Below, piece by piece: positions 41,827-51,175 of a stretch of 64,000 nt of DNA. Position 1 is the stretch's first letter, and the number at the start of each line of letters is the position of its first letter. Under the pieces are notes generated by a model. That model did no database searches. It saw nothing but the letters and a program-made list of their open reading frames with translations, and had not been told where the DNA came from. Both the position numbers and the translations under genes were made by a program. The stretch is taken from NCBI RefSeq assembly GCF_002087085.1, contig NZ_MWQY01000003.1, positions 186,001 through 250,000 on the forward strand, read 5' to 3'.

Positions 41827-44800
41827 GCGACAACCTCTGAATCAATTTCTTATCTGCGGAATCCCAGATTATGATGAACCCAGGATCATCCGAATCTCGC
41901 AAGCTACGCATTGACGATAGATGCGAATTCAAGTTTACGGATCTCCTACCATGTACACGTTCTTGGTTCACTATACTGCTGTAGTGATTCTGAACTACCA
42001 CCTCAAGCTGTTCGCGATAGCGTCTGCTTGGAGCCAGATCCGTTCCATACGCGCTATTCATCCATGCGATGATTTCCGATACTTCGAGAGCCTCTGCATT
42101 CTCGCTCCCTTGCAAGTCCTGCACGTCCGCGACCGATACAATACGCCGGCGTATATGTCTCGGAGCTATGGCCATCAAATATCCTGCGAGAATACCGGCA
42201 GATGTTCTTCGTAAGGCAGGTTCGGGCCAACGAATGATTGCAGACGGATCCACAAGACGGTCAAGATACTCATGGAATTTACAAAAGCGATCAAATACGC
42301 TTCTATCTCTCTCACTTTGTGGAGTAGCAACGAACAGTGATATCCCAGGCACCGTTCGTCCTACTCTCGCAGATGCTTGGATGTACTCAGCGACGAGTCT
42401 CGGAAAACCGGCAAAGACAATGATGTTGAACCGGTCGACGTCAACTCCATGACCAATCACGTTTGTAGTTACGATACCGCGCGTCCGCTTCGCGGGGTCT
42501 CCAAGTGGATCAGCGGTTCTAATCGCGTGAACAATGCGACTCATCTCCGATTCAGAAATTCCCCCATTAAAGGTAGTAACGAGGAGATCACCGTGCTCGG
42601 GAGCCAGACGCTGAAGCTCTCGCTTCACTCGTGACTCTATAGCCTCAGCGACTTGATCAGAACCTTTACGCGTGAGAACATATGATAAAACTAACTCATA
42701 GTAAAAAACCAGCAACTTGTAATCATCTTTCGAGAGATCGCCCAAACCATAGCGATCCGCCATGGCCGCGGTATCGGTGTCAGCCAGATGCCGCGCTAAC
42801 TGTAGTTCTTCATAGAGTAGAGAGAGCGTGCGAGTTACAGCAGGTGTGTGCTTTCGTCCCACACCAAGAACTCCCACGAAAACTCTCCCGAGTTTTGCTC
42901 GGTTTTGTGCATAGTAAAAGGACTCATAGGCACTAGGCCCCGGGCCAGGAAACTGTCGAGACTGTCGCAAGTAAAGATGCCAAGCATGTGTCTTGTAACG
43001 TTCGATTGTCGCTGTTGCAGCAACGATTTTCCACGGTCTGCTGCCGAGAGTGTAAGCCAAGTTCATTACAGCCGTTTCGTAGTGCGAGTCAAATGTGCCC
43101 AACTCCTCACTAAGCAGGTGCATTTCGTCCTGAATCAGAAGGCTGGGGGCTGGATCTTTAAAAGGTCCATAGTGTATCCGGTTCGTCGCAGTACCACACG
43201 ACTCCGGAGTCTCCCCTGCCGCGTAGGCTACTGCTGCACTGCAGATTCGGTTAGAATCAAGAAAACTTGTTCCGTGAGTAGGGCAAACCAAGTCAAATCG
43301 ACCAAATAATTCGGCAAATCGCTGGTTTTGCCCAAACTGAGCGAGTTTGTCGACGGTCGAGACGATAACCGTTGGCACAAACCGATAAACGTCTTGGTCT
43401 ACAACGTAAATTGGAAGACGATTCTGTCCCCCGGGACATGAGTCACTCGTGCAACGGTGCTCCACAATGCGGTTAGAAGCATCGTATGACAGAACAGTAT
43501 CGCACCCACAGAATGGACAAGCGAATACACGCCGAAGCTTATCGTCTGGTCCGTTTGTGACAAACCGACGATGCGCGTCATCATCGATACGATTTGGTGT
43601 CGTCCCACTGCCAACAAAGTATCCCATTGAGAAACGAGCGCCACCGAGCCTCTCACGGTGCCGTATAAGCTCTGCAGACCCCAGTGCGGAGCCTAGGCGT
43701 TGCAGTTGTTGAAAAGTTAGAAGACGCAATGGGAATCTCACAAAGGCGGTAACACCAATTCGTTTACCCCTTAGTCGATCAAAGAAAGCTTGCCAGATCA
43801 GAAGACCGAGAAATGCCTCCGTCTTTCCGCCCCCAGCTGCAAACCAAAGGATATCCACGTCATCGTCATGTTCTTCGCGAATTTCCTCGTATTCTCGCGA
43901 AGCAAGTCCAGGAATCTGTGACACGATAAACACAATTTGAAACAAGCGCCACCTATCATAACGTCCGTCAGCAGCAGCTTCCATCGCCTCGTTCATCAAC
44001 ACGAAGGCCCGCAACACATGATCGAAACTGTCGTCCGCAAGTAGTTTAATGCCTCTGGAAAACCGCTGAATTTCGTCGCGAAATCTCTTCCGTGCTTCTG
44101 AAGCGTCGGTGAGCTCTTTTCCCATGAGACCAGAAAGAGTGTCTCTCCATTCGATTCTATCGTACGATTTCATCGCGGTGAGGATCGACTGAAGAGTATG
44201 AATGGGATCACTGCGCATTGAATCGAATGTTGGAGCGCCGTCTGGGATTTCGCGCGGTTCGAGTCTGTAGACATATTCGATCGGCGTGGCATCTGTTGAG
44301 AGTATAACATTCCCGTTCTGAGCATCGTGCCTCACGTGACAGTTGATGCCAATCCCCGCCATTCGTCGGTCGTATCTGAAGCTCTTCGGTAGTTCTCGGA
44401 ACACCGAGAACCGATGCGCACTTGCAGGCAACACAACACTTAACCGAACACGGTAGAGATTTGGGTCAAGGAAATCACCTTCGCCGCGACCAGGTACCTC
44501 AGTTCGGTTGATCACTCTAAGAACCACTCGCACACATTCTGGTTCCGTCGGAATCGGTACAATCCGTACATCAAGTACCGGGCTCCAAAAATTGCGTAGG
44601 GACGCCATTCCCAAGGAGCTGAGCCAACTGCGGTATTTCTCATTAGATTTCACATTCTCTTGCGACACTTGAAACTGTGTTACTCCAGGGTAGAGATCCC
44701 TAGGCGAGATGGAGTCGAGATACCTACGAAAACTTTGGGAAAGATCCATAGTTATCTTCTTTCGCTGGCAGAGATCCCGTATGTTGATTTCGGGTGCTAT

Positions 44801-45319
44801 AAGTCCTGTCACATCTTCCCGTGTCCATACCGGCACAATCTCAGAAGTTTTTATCCCAGTATCGTTACTACCTACACTTTCGTCGACCGATTTGGAAGAA
44901 GAATACTCACGCCGCCAAGCTCCCAGGCCCGATTGTTCCTCTAAAGTCGGCAATCTACGCACATAAATACTAGCACTGAAATCAATGACCATTGCACCGG
45001 CCATTTCGCAGGCCTCATGTGGCATCTTCCATTGAAGCCCAAGAGAAGACTGCTCATAGGCCGAATCCTGCGGGAGGTCTTCTGCCAAACTATCAAGGTC
45101 GTTTCCGGCAGAGATAGGACCAAGTATGGAACTTTTTGGGGACGGCTCGGGCTGATTAGCCATTCGTGATGCAGGAGTCAAGAAACCACAAAGCACGGTG
45201 TCTCTTGGGAACTGACCTACCAACCGCGAGGCAGTTTGATCGGAACCTTGTGCGCGTTCGGCGAATCGTCTTGCTAGATTAATTGAAAATGCATTATATT
45301 CATCGTCAGATATCGACAT
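41816..45319 (-). CDS. drmA: SF2 helicase, DrmA-like
   Basis: WRLFQ, GGGKTEAF, FPLRLLT.QQ, TVDK, QDEMH, ATAT, GVDV, EYIQASARVGR motifs. Confidence 0.85.
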   Translation of the reverse strand: MSISDDEYNAFSINLARRFAERAQGSDQTASRLVGQFPRDTVLCGFLTPASRMANQPEPSPKSSILGPISAGNDLDSLAEDLPQDSAYEQSSLGLQWKMPHEACEMAGAMVIDFSASIYVRRLPTLEEQSGLGAWRREYSSSKSVDESVGSNDTGIKTSEIVPVWTREDVTGLIAPEINIRDLCQRKKITMDLSQSFRRYLDSISPRDLYPGVTQFQVSQENVKSNEKYRSWLSSLGMASLRNFWSPVLDVRIVPIPTEPECVRVVLRVINRTEVPGRGEGDFLDPNLYRVRLSVVLPASAHRFSVFRELPKSFRYDRRMAGIGINCHVRHDAQNGNVILSTDATPIEYVYRLEPREIPDGAPTFDSMRSDPIHTLQSILTAMKSYDRIEWRDTLSGLMGKELTDASEARKRFRDEIQRFSRGIKLLADDSFDHVLRAFVLMNEAMEAAADGRYDRWRLFQIVFIVSQIPGLASREYEEIREEHDDDVDILWFAAGGGKTEAFLGLLIWQAFFDRLRGKRIGVTAFVRFPLRLLTFQQLQRLGSALGSAELIRHRERLGGARFSMGYFVGSGTTPNRIDDDAHRRFVTNGPDDKLRRVFACPFCGCDTVLSYDASNRIVEHRCTSDSCPGGQNRLPIYVVDQDVYRFVPTVIVSTVDKLAQFGQNQRFAELFGRFDLVCPTHGTSFLDSNRICSAAVAYAAGETPESCGTATNRIHYGPFKDPAPSLLIQDEMHLLSEELGTFDSHYETAVMNLAYTLGSRPWKIVAATATIERYKTHAWHLYLRQSRQFPGPGPSAYESFYYAQNRAKLGRVFVGVLGVGRKHTPAVTRTLSLLYEELQLARHLADTDTAAMADRYGLGDLSKDDYKLLVFYYELVLSYVLTRKGSDQVAEAIESRVKRELQRLAPEHGDLLVTTFNGGISESEMSRIVHAIRTADPLGDPAKRTRGIVTTNVIGHGVDVDRFNIIVFAGFPRLVAEYIQASARVGRTVPGISLFVATPQSERDRSVFDRFCKFHEYLDRLVDPSAIIRWPEPALRRTSAGILAGYLMAIAPRHIRRRIVSVADVQDLQGSENAEALEVSEIIAWMNSAYGTDLAPSRRYREQLEVVVQNHYSSIVNQERVHGRRSVNLNSHLSSMRSLRDSDDPGFIIIWDSADKKLIQRLSRGQ

Positions 45320-47582
45320 ATGCTTCCTCTTCGCACTTGATTATATCGTCTACCACCCGCATCTGAGCGGCTGACATCAGTTGGCTGACAGACATTCCCC
45401 ACTCCCGTTCTATTTGTGCGAGCGTCAGTGGTCCCAGTCGGCTAGAGTAAGATGCCCGAATTGCTCTTGCTAGATCTCGTCCTGCTTTTCTGTGAAGGAC
45501 CCGCCAGCGTTTGATCCGATCGAAATACCTCCGAAGATCAGGCTCATATAAACTCACACCAAGTGCCGCAGCAAAAGCTCTAAAACGCTCCCAACTTGCA
45601 GGAGTGCTCGCAGCATCAATGTCTTTGAAAGTAATCCACGACCTGATCGTTGAGTAAGTGACCGGGTGTCCTCTCTCTGCAAGTACACGGGTGATTTTCC
45701 TTAGACTGGGACGGTTTTCAGAATACACCGACTTAACGATAAGCAACCACTCCTCACGAGCAGCGGCAAATTCCTTTAATACACCCGCATCAAGCATCGC
45801 TATTCGACGTTCAGAGAATAGTTCGTGTGAATCATCGTCCAACATGACGATTTTATCTCCAATTTGCAGATTCTCAGCGAACGTGACTGTAGTGTGGCCA
45901 CCCGCAGCACCAAGGACTTCGAACCGCGTATGCTGCCCTGTTGTCATTATAGTTCCATCTTCGAAGACTAATGTAACCTCGCCAGCATTTGCTCGGAAAT
46001 CATTGTCAATCTCATTGGACTCAGTCTTGATTGTCGTCCCTGCGACGTCCATGCCTATAGGCAATTCCGCTGTGTCGGCGAAAGGAGGAACATAAGGCTC
46101 CAAGGCCGCCATTAAACTTTCCAGTGGTTCCGCAGCTGCTGATTGGCCCACGCTTTTCAGTAGTTCGATCATACTGTTCGCACCATACCATGCAGCTCTG
46201 ACTTCCAATGGATCCATAACAAGTTGAGCATTTTTCACTCGATGCGAGAGTATTGCGTCAAGGGTAGCCATTCCGCTGTATCCAATGACTATTGCCCTCT
46301 CATAGCTCCGATGCAAACCACGTTGTCCCACCCACCTTGTCGTCACGCCGAGTTCGTGAAGTCCTTTTGTATCGATACCTAGGACACTCGCTACAGAATG
46401 CTCTACAGACAAAGCCGTTCGTTGGTCCCGCACCAAAACCAGCAACTGCCCATTGCCTTCCTCGTGGATGATGGAAGCAACGGCTGCGTCAAGTCTTTCT
46501 TGCTGGATAGCGACATCTGCCGCTGTGGCAGTGAGTAGTTCGGTGCAGTATGTCAGCATGCTGGCTTCTTCAGGACGAGCATTCTGCAATCGCTCTAACG
46601 CAGCGAAGTAACGCGCCAACTCACGATTCTCATAATTATCAACTGCCTGACGCAATGACCACCAAGCCGCCCGTGCAAGTCGAACAAGCCGATCGAGTTC
46701 GCCCGACATGTCGCTCAAGCCTTCCAATGCAAGATCTAAACTGCGCTGAGCCGAAAGTCGGGTTCCACCGACAGAGACAACTCCGCCTCCAATAAATACC
46801 GGTGGCGGAAGGACAGGTAAAAAGGTCTCAGCTACGTTTTCGATATCCATAGGCAAACCCAAGAGATCACTAGGACTCGCAGCAACGATGACAGTGGGAG
46901 CCGAATCTTCTCGTATCCCAAGAATCGAACTAACAATTTTTCTTCCGCGAATACCTCGATAGAATTGAATATCGGCCAAAACAACATCCGCCTCCGCCAG
47001 AGTTCGTAGTCCGAACTCTCCGGGACGTCGATTCGCAGGTACCTGAATGTGTGGTCTGTATTCGGAATGAGAAGTGTATCTCCCGAGCACAGGGCGTGAA
47101 CCTTTTACAACTCTACCAGTCGGATGTACGCGATCAATACCCATGAAACATTTTGACCCCAATAGCCTCTCTGAAAGATCGCATTTATGTCGTTGGAATG
47201 CATCCTCCCAGTCAGGCTGGACGAAGTCACGTTCTTGTTCACGTTGCTCCATGTGCCTGGTCCGACGTGCTTCGAGCCGCCTTGCGCTTGATTCGGACAC
47301 CGAATACGCCAATGAATCATCAAGATTAAGGACTGGAACTACGCTCCAGGAAGCATTTAACGAAAGCCATGGAACCGCGTCTGGCCAACGGACGTGAAGA
47401 TACAGTGGAAGCTCGGATACATGGGGGATATGCGTCCACGAAGTGAAAAGAACAATTCCACCTGCTCCGCTTGCATGGCGCAGAGCCGCGACCATCGGGC
47501 GCAAATCCTTGTCAATAACTGCTAAACGACATTCCTCGGTGCTGGAGAAGAATGCAGAAAAGTTTTGATTCGATGGCATCAA
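45306..47582 (-). CDS. DrmE-like protein
   Basis: 758 aa at the head of the operon; C-terminal LQIGDKIV..W..TIRSWI pattern recalled from DrmE; assignment rests mostly on position and size. Confidence 0.6.
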   Translation of the reverse strand: MMPSNQNFSAFFSSTEECRLAVIDKDLRPMVAALRHASGAGGIVLFTSWTHIPHVSELPLYLHVRWPDAVPWLSLNASWSVVPVLNLDDSLAYSVSESSARRLEARRTRHMEQREQERDFVQPDWEDAFQRHKCDLSERLLGSKCFMGIDRVHPTGRVVKGSRPVLGRYTSHSEYRPHIQVPANRRPGEFGLRTLAEADVVLADIQFYRGIRGRKIVSSILGIREDSAPTVIVAASPSDLLGLPMDIENVAETFLPVLPPPVFIGGGVVSVGGTRLSAQRSLDLALEGLSDMSGELDRLVRLARAAWWSLRQAVDNYENRELARYFAALERLQNARPEEASMLTYCTELLTATAADVAIQQERLDAAVASIIHEEGNGQLLVLVRDQRTALSVEHSVASVLGIDTKGLHELGVTTRWVGQRGLHRSYERAIVIGYSGMATLDAILSHRVKNAQLVMDPLEVRAAWYGANSMIELLKSVGQSAAAEPLESLMAALEPYVPPFADTAELPIGMDVAGTTIKTESNEIDNDFRANAGEVTLVFEDGTIMTTGQHTRFEVLGAAGGHTTVTFAENLQIGDKIVMLDDDSHELFSERRIAMLDAGVLKEFAAAREEWLLIVKSVYSENRPSLRKITRVLAERGHPVTYSTIRSWITFKDIDAASTPASWERFRAFAAALGVSLYEPDLRRYFDRIKRWRVLHRKAGRDLARAIRASYSSRLGPLTLAQIEREWGMSVSQLMSAAQMRVVDDIIKCEEEAYVDI

Positions 47583-48135
47583 TGAGCATTACCTCTTCAG
47601 AAATCGAAAGATGCAACGCAGATGATACTTACCTGAGTGGTGAGACATGACTTTTGTCACGATGCAAGAGTGTACTGGCACTTGGAATCCGCTGGTCCGC
47701 AGCTTTTGAATTGTACATGCAATTGCCGTGCCTCAACAGCCAAGATGTAGATCTGGTTCATACTAACAATACAGTCAGTATAACGTGAATCACGAGCGTT
47801 CTGAGCCGTTGCCCTCACACTTTGAACTGTCAGCTTTACCGACTCCGAACCAGGACTTTAGCCCACGATTCCTTGTAGCTGCTGTTCCATTGTAAGTAGA
47901 TGGGGCAATGGTTCGTTCATACTTACAGATACTCCTTTGGGCAACTACACGAATTAACCATTAAGCCTTGTCACGATGGCGATTCAAACGCTCCTAGACT
48001 GAACCTACCTTACACAAATGACGTTACGCTATTAAACGATATTTCCATCTATTTTACCGGTTAGCATGTGTTCTTGCAACTGCAAAATCATGATAAGGTA
48101 AGTATGCTGTTAGTAGGGGCGGTTCATAAGAGATG

Positions 48136-48366
48136 TTATCGGTGATCCAAACATATATGGCACGCACAAGCTCCCACTGGTTTTGCGAAATTACCCAGGT
48201 TCTCTGACAAGGACCAGATGCTCTCTGCTGCCTCCACCGGCAAGGTACGGACAGCAGCGTCTATACGACTGAAGTCGATGTCGGATCGTTCAACTGGAAG
48301 TTGATCGTGATATATTCCACGAAAGCGGGCGTGCTTCCGTCTGGCCTTCAACCTTTGAGTGTTCAT
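48136..48366 (-). CDS. Hypothetical protein (76 aa, C-terminal CACHIC)
   Basis: GGGGA RBS before ATG 48366 (MNTQRLKARR...). Confidence 0.45.
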   Translation of the reverse strand: MNTQRLKARRKHARFRGIYHDQLPVERSDIDFSRIDAAVRTLPVEAAESIWSLSENLGNFAKPVGACACHICLDHR

Positions 48367-48651
48367 CGTTAGTTCCCCAGACTGTTGATTGTGGTTTTGC
48401 CGTGCACTCCTGGGATTGCTGATCGTTCGATTATTCCTTGCTCGTGTGTAGAAAGAGACCATCGATATATGCAGATATGCAGGCGAATATTTTTTGGGGT
48501 TCAATCGTGGTGCAGCCTGTAAGCAATTAAAGAACCATCAGCACAAAACCTTTTTTCATATGCCAGCAGTATCTTATGGTTTGCGCCGATGTGCAACTTT
48601 TTTCCTTTCTTGACCAAGCCGACGAGTAATTCCAATTGTCTACATTTTCCC

Positions 48652-48677
48652 CGTGTAGCCAATTGTGTAGCCACTAT
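48652..48677 (+). repeat. Putative integrase arm-type site (right)
   Basis: CGTGTAGCCAATTGTGTAGCCACTAT, matches 32391-32416. Confidence 0.7.
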
Positions 48678-48718
48678 TTTCTCTATTATCTAAAAGTTAT
48701 GATCACTCATGATCACTC

Positions 48719-48746
48719 TTGACATGTTAATTTTTTGTTATATAAT
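48719..48746 (+). promoter_or_regulatory. Consensus sigma70 promoter facing attR (Pcirc-like)
   Basis: TTGACA-N16-TATAAT preceded by tandem ATGATCACTC x2. Confidence 0.65.
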
Positions 48747-48796
48747 GATTTATGTAAGTCGTGAGCGATGGTAAATATCTCTAATATCTCACGTCG

Positions 48797-48844
48797 TCAG
48801 CCTTCCAAGCTGATGACGTCGGTTCGATTCCGATCAGGCGCTGA
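48797..48844 (+). repeat. attR core (duplicated tRNA-Gly 3' portion)
   Basis: Exact copy of 32277-32324; lacks the tRNA 5' half. Confidence 0.95.
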
Positions 48845-48926
48845 GAGTGAGCGGAATGGCAAAGCTTGCTTTGTCATTCCCGAACCGAAGTGACTGAAAC
48901 TGTAAAGTATCAGTCGATGGCGAAGA

Positions 48927-48953
48927 GTCCCCGCTTTGCGGGGGCATTTTTTT
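48927..48953 (+). terminator. Intrinsic terminator downstream of attR
   Basis: GTCCCCGC-TTT-GCGGGGGC followed by ATTTTTTT. Confidence 0.75.
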
Positions 48954-49156
48954 GCCCTGAAGCTTTAGCGGCTTTTCCATATCCTGCCCTGCAAAATCAG
49001 AAAACCTTTATTAGCTTATCCTTTGTCGTGGATGTCGTGGTGAAAATAATAACTCCGGAAGAGGCTCAAACCACTACAGGCACGACAGGATCACGACATA
49101 TTTATTGCGATTCTTCCTCTGTCGTGGTCTCCGTGGATGTCGAGGTTAAGGTTGTA

Positions 49157-49537
49157 TTACGCCAGAAATTGGTAGACCGACATCATGGTTGCGAGGATGA
49201 CAAACCCTGTGGTCATGAACTTGAACATCATGTCAAAACGCTTGTCCACGGATGTAAAACGCTCATCCATCGATTTCTGTACGGCACCAAAACGCTCGTC
49301 CATTGAACGCTGTATAGCTTCAAAACGCTCATCCATGCGTTTAAAGCCTTCCTCGATGCGGGTATCGATGCGGATTATGGCTTCACGAAACTCCGAATGT
49401 TCCCGTTCGTTCCGGTCCTGACGTACCAGGTTCTCAGTCAGCAGGGTTATATAACGGTGCAGGGAGCGTTTGTTCTTTACTTCCACCGCTTCTTCGAGTT
49501 CCTGTTCCAGAATGTCCGCCAAGGATTCCATGGTCAT
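49157..49537 (-). CDS. Bdr/DUF1640-like coiled-coil repeat protein with C-terminal TM anchor
   Basis: 11-aa repeats (MDERFEAIQRS, MDERFGAVQKS, MDERFTSVDKR) and hydrophobic C-terminus; start 49537 or 49531. Confidence 0.65.
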   Translation of the reverse strand: MTMESLADILEQELEEAVEVKNKRSLHRYITLLTENLVRQDRNEREHSEFREAIIRIDTRIEEGFKRMDERFEAIQRSMDERFGAVQKSMDERFTSVDKRFDMMFKFMTTGFVILATMMSVYQFLA

Positions 49538-49607
49538 CTCATGTAATATACTCTGATCAGTACCATTAATACAGCGGAACATAAGCTGTTGCTTCAGGAG
49601 AGACTCG

Positions 49608-50382
49608 ACCACAATGGGCACTACAGGAGCGCGCCATGGTTACAGATTCCTCTCTTCGTCGTGGGTGTCGTGGATTTCGTGGTTAAAATTCTTATTTTCG
49701 AAGATGTTCAAACCACTACAGTCACGACAGGACCACGACATTTTTATGGTTCTTATTCTTTCTGTCGTGGTTTAATCTTCTTCTAATACACTCCTTCAAG
49801 GTCTTCTCATTCTGCCAGCCGTCTTGCCGCCATCAAGGGCCTCGGCAAGCAGGCCGTCCGGCCCGCCCTTGACTGCGGCTGTGACGGTCCGGGGGTGTAA
49901 CAAGGTAAAACCTTGAAGGAGGCTTTGCCATGGTGTATCCGGAATTGTCAAAACTCATCCTGGATTCCGCTTTTGCTGTTCACAGATCCCTCGGTCCTGG
50001 GCTGCTGGAGCTGCCCTACCACAACGCTTTGTATTACGAGCTTGCCGGTAATAATCTGCAGGTTGGCTACAACGCTCCGTTTAATGTTTGCTACCGTGGG
50101 CATACGGTAGGAGAGTATTTTGCAGACCTCATGGTAAACGGTACTGTCATTCTGGAGGTCAAGGCGGTCTCCGCCCTGGGCGTGGAACATACGGCCCAGC
50201 TGCTAAATTATCTGCATATTTCCGGCTGCAGGCTGGGCTTTCTGCTCAATTTCGCGCCTCAACGGCTGGAACTCAAGCGGCTGGTTTTGTAGGCCGGAAA
50301 GGGTAACCACGACGGGTACTACGGGAGCACGATATTGCTGAAGAACTTTATCCTTGGTAGTGGGTTCCATGAAGGTCGTGGT
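49608..50382 (+). repeat. Copy A of a ~775-bp diverged direct duplication
   Basis: Aligns by eye to 51176-51951 (two REP units, leader, GxxExxY gene, REP unit). Confidence 0.88.
49930..50292 (+). CDS. GxxExxY protein (PD-(D/E)xK nuclease-like), copy 1
   Basis: GLLELPY motif, ADL..ILEVK, AQLLNYL, LLNF; AAGGAGG RBS. Confidence 0.92.
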   Translation: MVYPELSKLILDSAFAVHRSLGPGLLELPYHNALYYELAGNNLQVGYNAPFNVCYRGHTVGEYFADLMVNGTVILEVKAVSALGVEHTAQLLNYLHISGCRLGFLLNFAPQRLELKRLVL

Positions 50383-50422
50383 AATGCTTGATAGAGCTGT
50401 TGAATAGCTTTATATTATGCAC

Positions 50423-50439
50423 TGACAGCATTGCTATCA
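50423..50439. promoter_or_regulatory. Putative antitoxin operator
   Basis: Inverted repeat TGACAGCA-T-TGCTATCA just upstream of the antitoxin RBS. Confidence 0.55.
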
Positions 50440-50454
50440 ATGGAGGGTTTTACC

Positions 50455-50709
50455 GTGGCTTCTTTAACGATTCGAAACCTGGATAAAGAGATAAAATCCC
50501 GGCTGCGGGTACTGGCTGCCAGACATGACAGGTCCATGGAGGAGGAAGCGCGGTGTATTCTTGGAGAAGTCCTTACCAGAGAAGAGAACGAGAAAGAAAA
50601 CTCCGGGCTTGGGTCCCGTATTCACCGGAGATTTTCTGATACTGGGGGCATAGAACTCAGCATTCCGGAACGGCGAGAACCTGCACGAGCAGCGGAAATT
50701 ATTGAATGA
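50455..50709 (+). CDS. FitA-like ribbon-helix-helix antitoxin
   Basis: ASLTIRNLD..LRVLAARHDRSMEEEAR; GTG start after GGAGG. Confidence 0.9.
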   Translation: MASLTIRNLDKEIKSRLRVLAARHDRSMEEEARCILGEVLTREENEKENSGLGSRIHRRFSDTGGIELSIPERREPARAAEIIE

Positions 50710-51128
50710 TAGTTCTGGATACCAATGTGCTATCCGAACTTATGCGGCCGACCCCGAACCCAGTCGTTATTACATGGCTTGATACCCTTCCTGTCAGGGA
50801 CGTTGCTTTAAGCTCGATTACTGTTTCGGAGATACTTTTCGGTATAGGTTTGTTACCGTCTGGAAAAAGAAAGGATCAACTCATTTCCGCAGCAAAGACA
50901 CTCTTTGAAACTGATTTTCAGGACCGCATATTTCCTTTCGATGCCGATGCAGCTGTTGAATACGCGGCGATCGTACTTCATCGTCAAAAGTCCGGCCGCC
51001 CCATATCCATGGCTGATGGCCAGATTGCAGCAATATGCAGGGCACGGAAATGCTCGCTTGCGACCCGGAATATAAAGGATTTTGAAGGTACGGGAATAGT
51101 ATTGATCGATCCTTGGGCCGAGGGGTAA
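50706..51128 (+). CDS. vapC: PIN-domain toxin (FitB/VapC)
   Basis: MIVLDTNVLSEL, ADGQIAA, LATRNIKDF, DPW; ATGA overlap with antitoxin. Confidence 0.92.
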   Translation: MIVLDTNVLSELMRPTPNPVVITWLDTLPVRDVALSSITVSEILFGIGLLPSGKRKDQLISAAKTLFETDFQDRIFPFDADAAVEYAAIVLHRQKSGRPISMADGQIAAICRARKCSLATRNIKDFEGTGIVLIDPWAEG

Positions 51129-51175
51129 CAAGTTTTTCCCCATAAGACCGCGGATAACTCTTTTTACAAGGTAGA

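Noticed and set aside
37311..47582. Dpd (7-deazaguanine) or BREX system
   Set aside because: No DpdA/TGT, queuosine-pathway, PglZ or BrxC genes; separate helicase, DUF1998 and PLD genes fit the DISARM core better.
48797..48844. Second tRNA-Gly gene
   Set aside because: Lacks the 5' acceptor strand and D-arm; it is attR.
32437..48844. Prophage or self-transmissible ICE
   Set aside because: No structural, terminase, lysis, relaxase or T4SS genes recognisable.
48866..49306. 146-aa plus-strand ORF and similar ORFs across the repeats (49589-49786, 51396-51680)
   Set aside because: Translations of hairpin and terminator DNA (VVDVVV, TTTGTTG); no RBS; overlap real genes.
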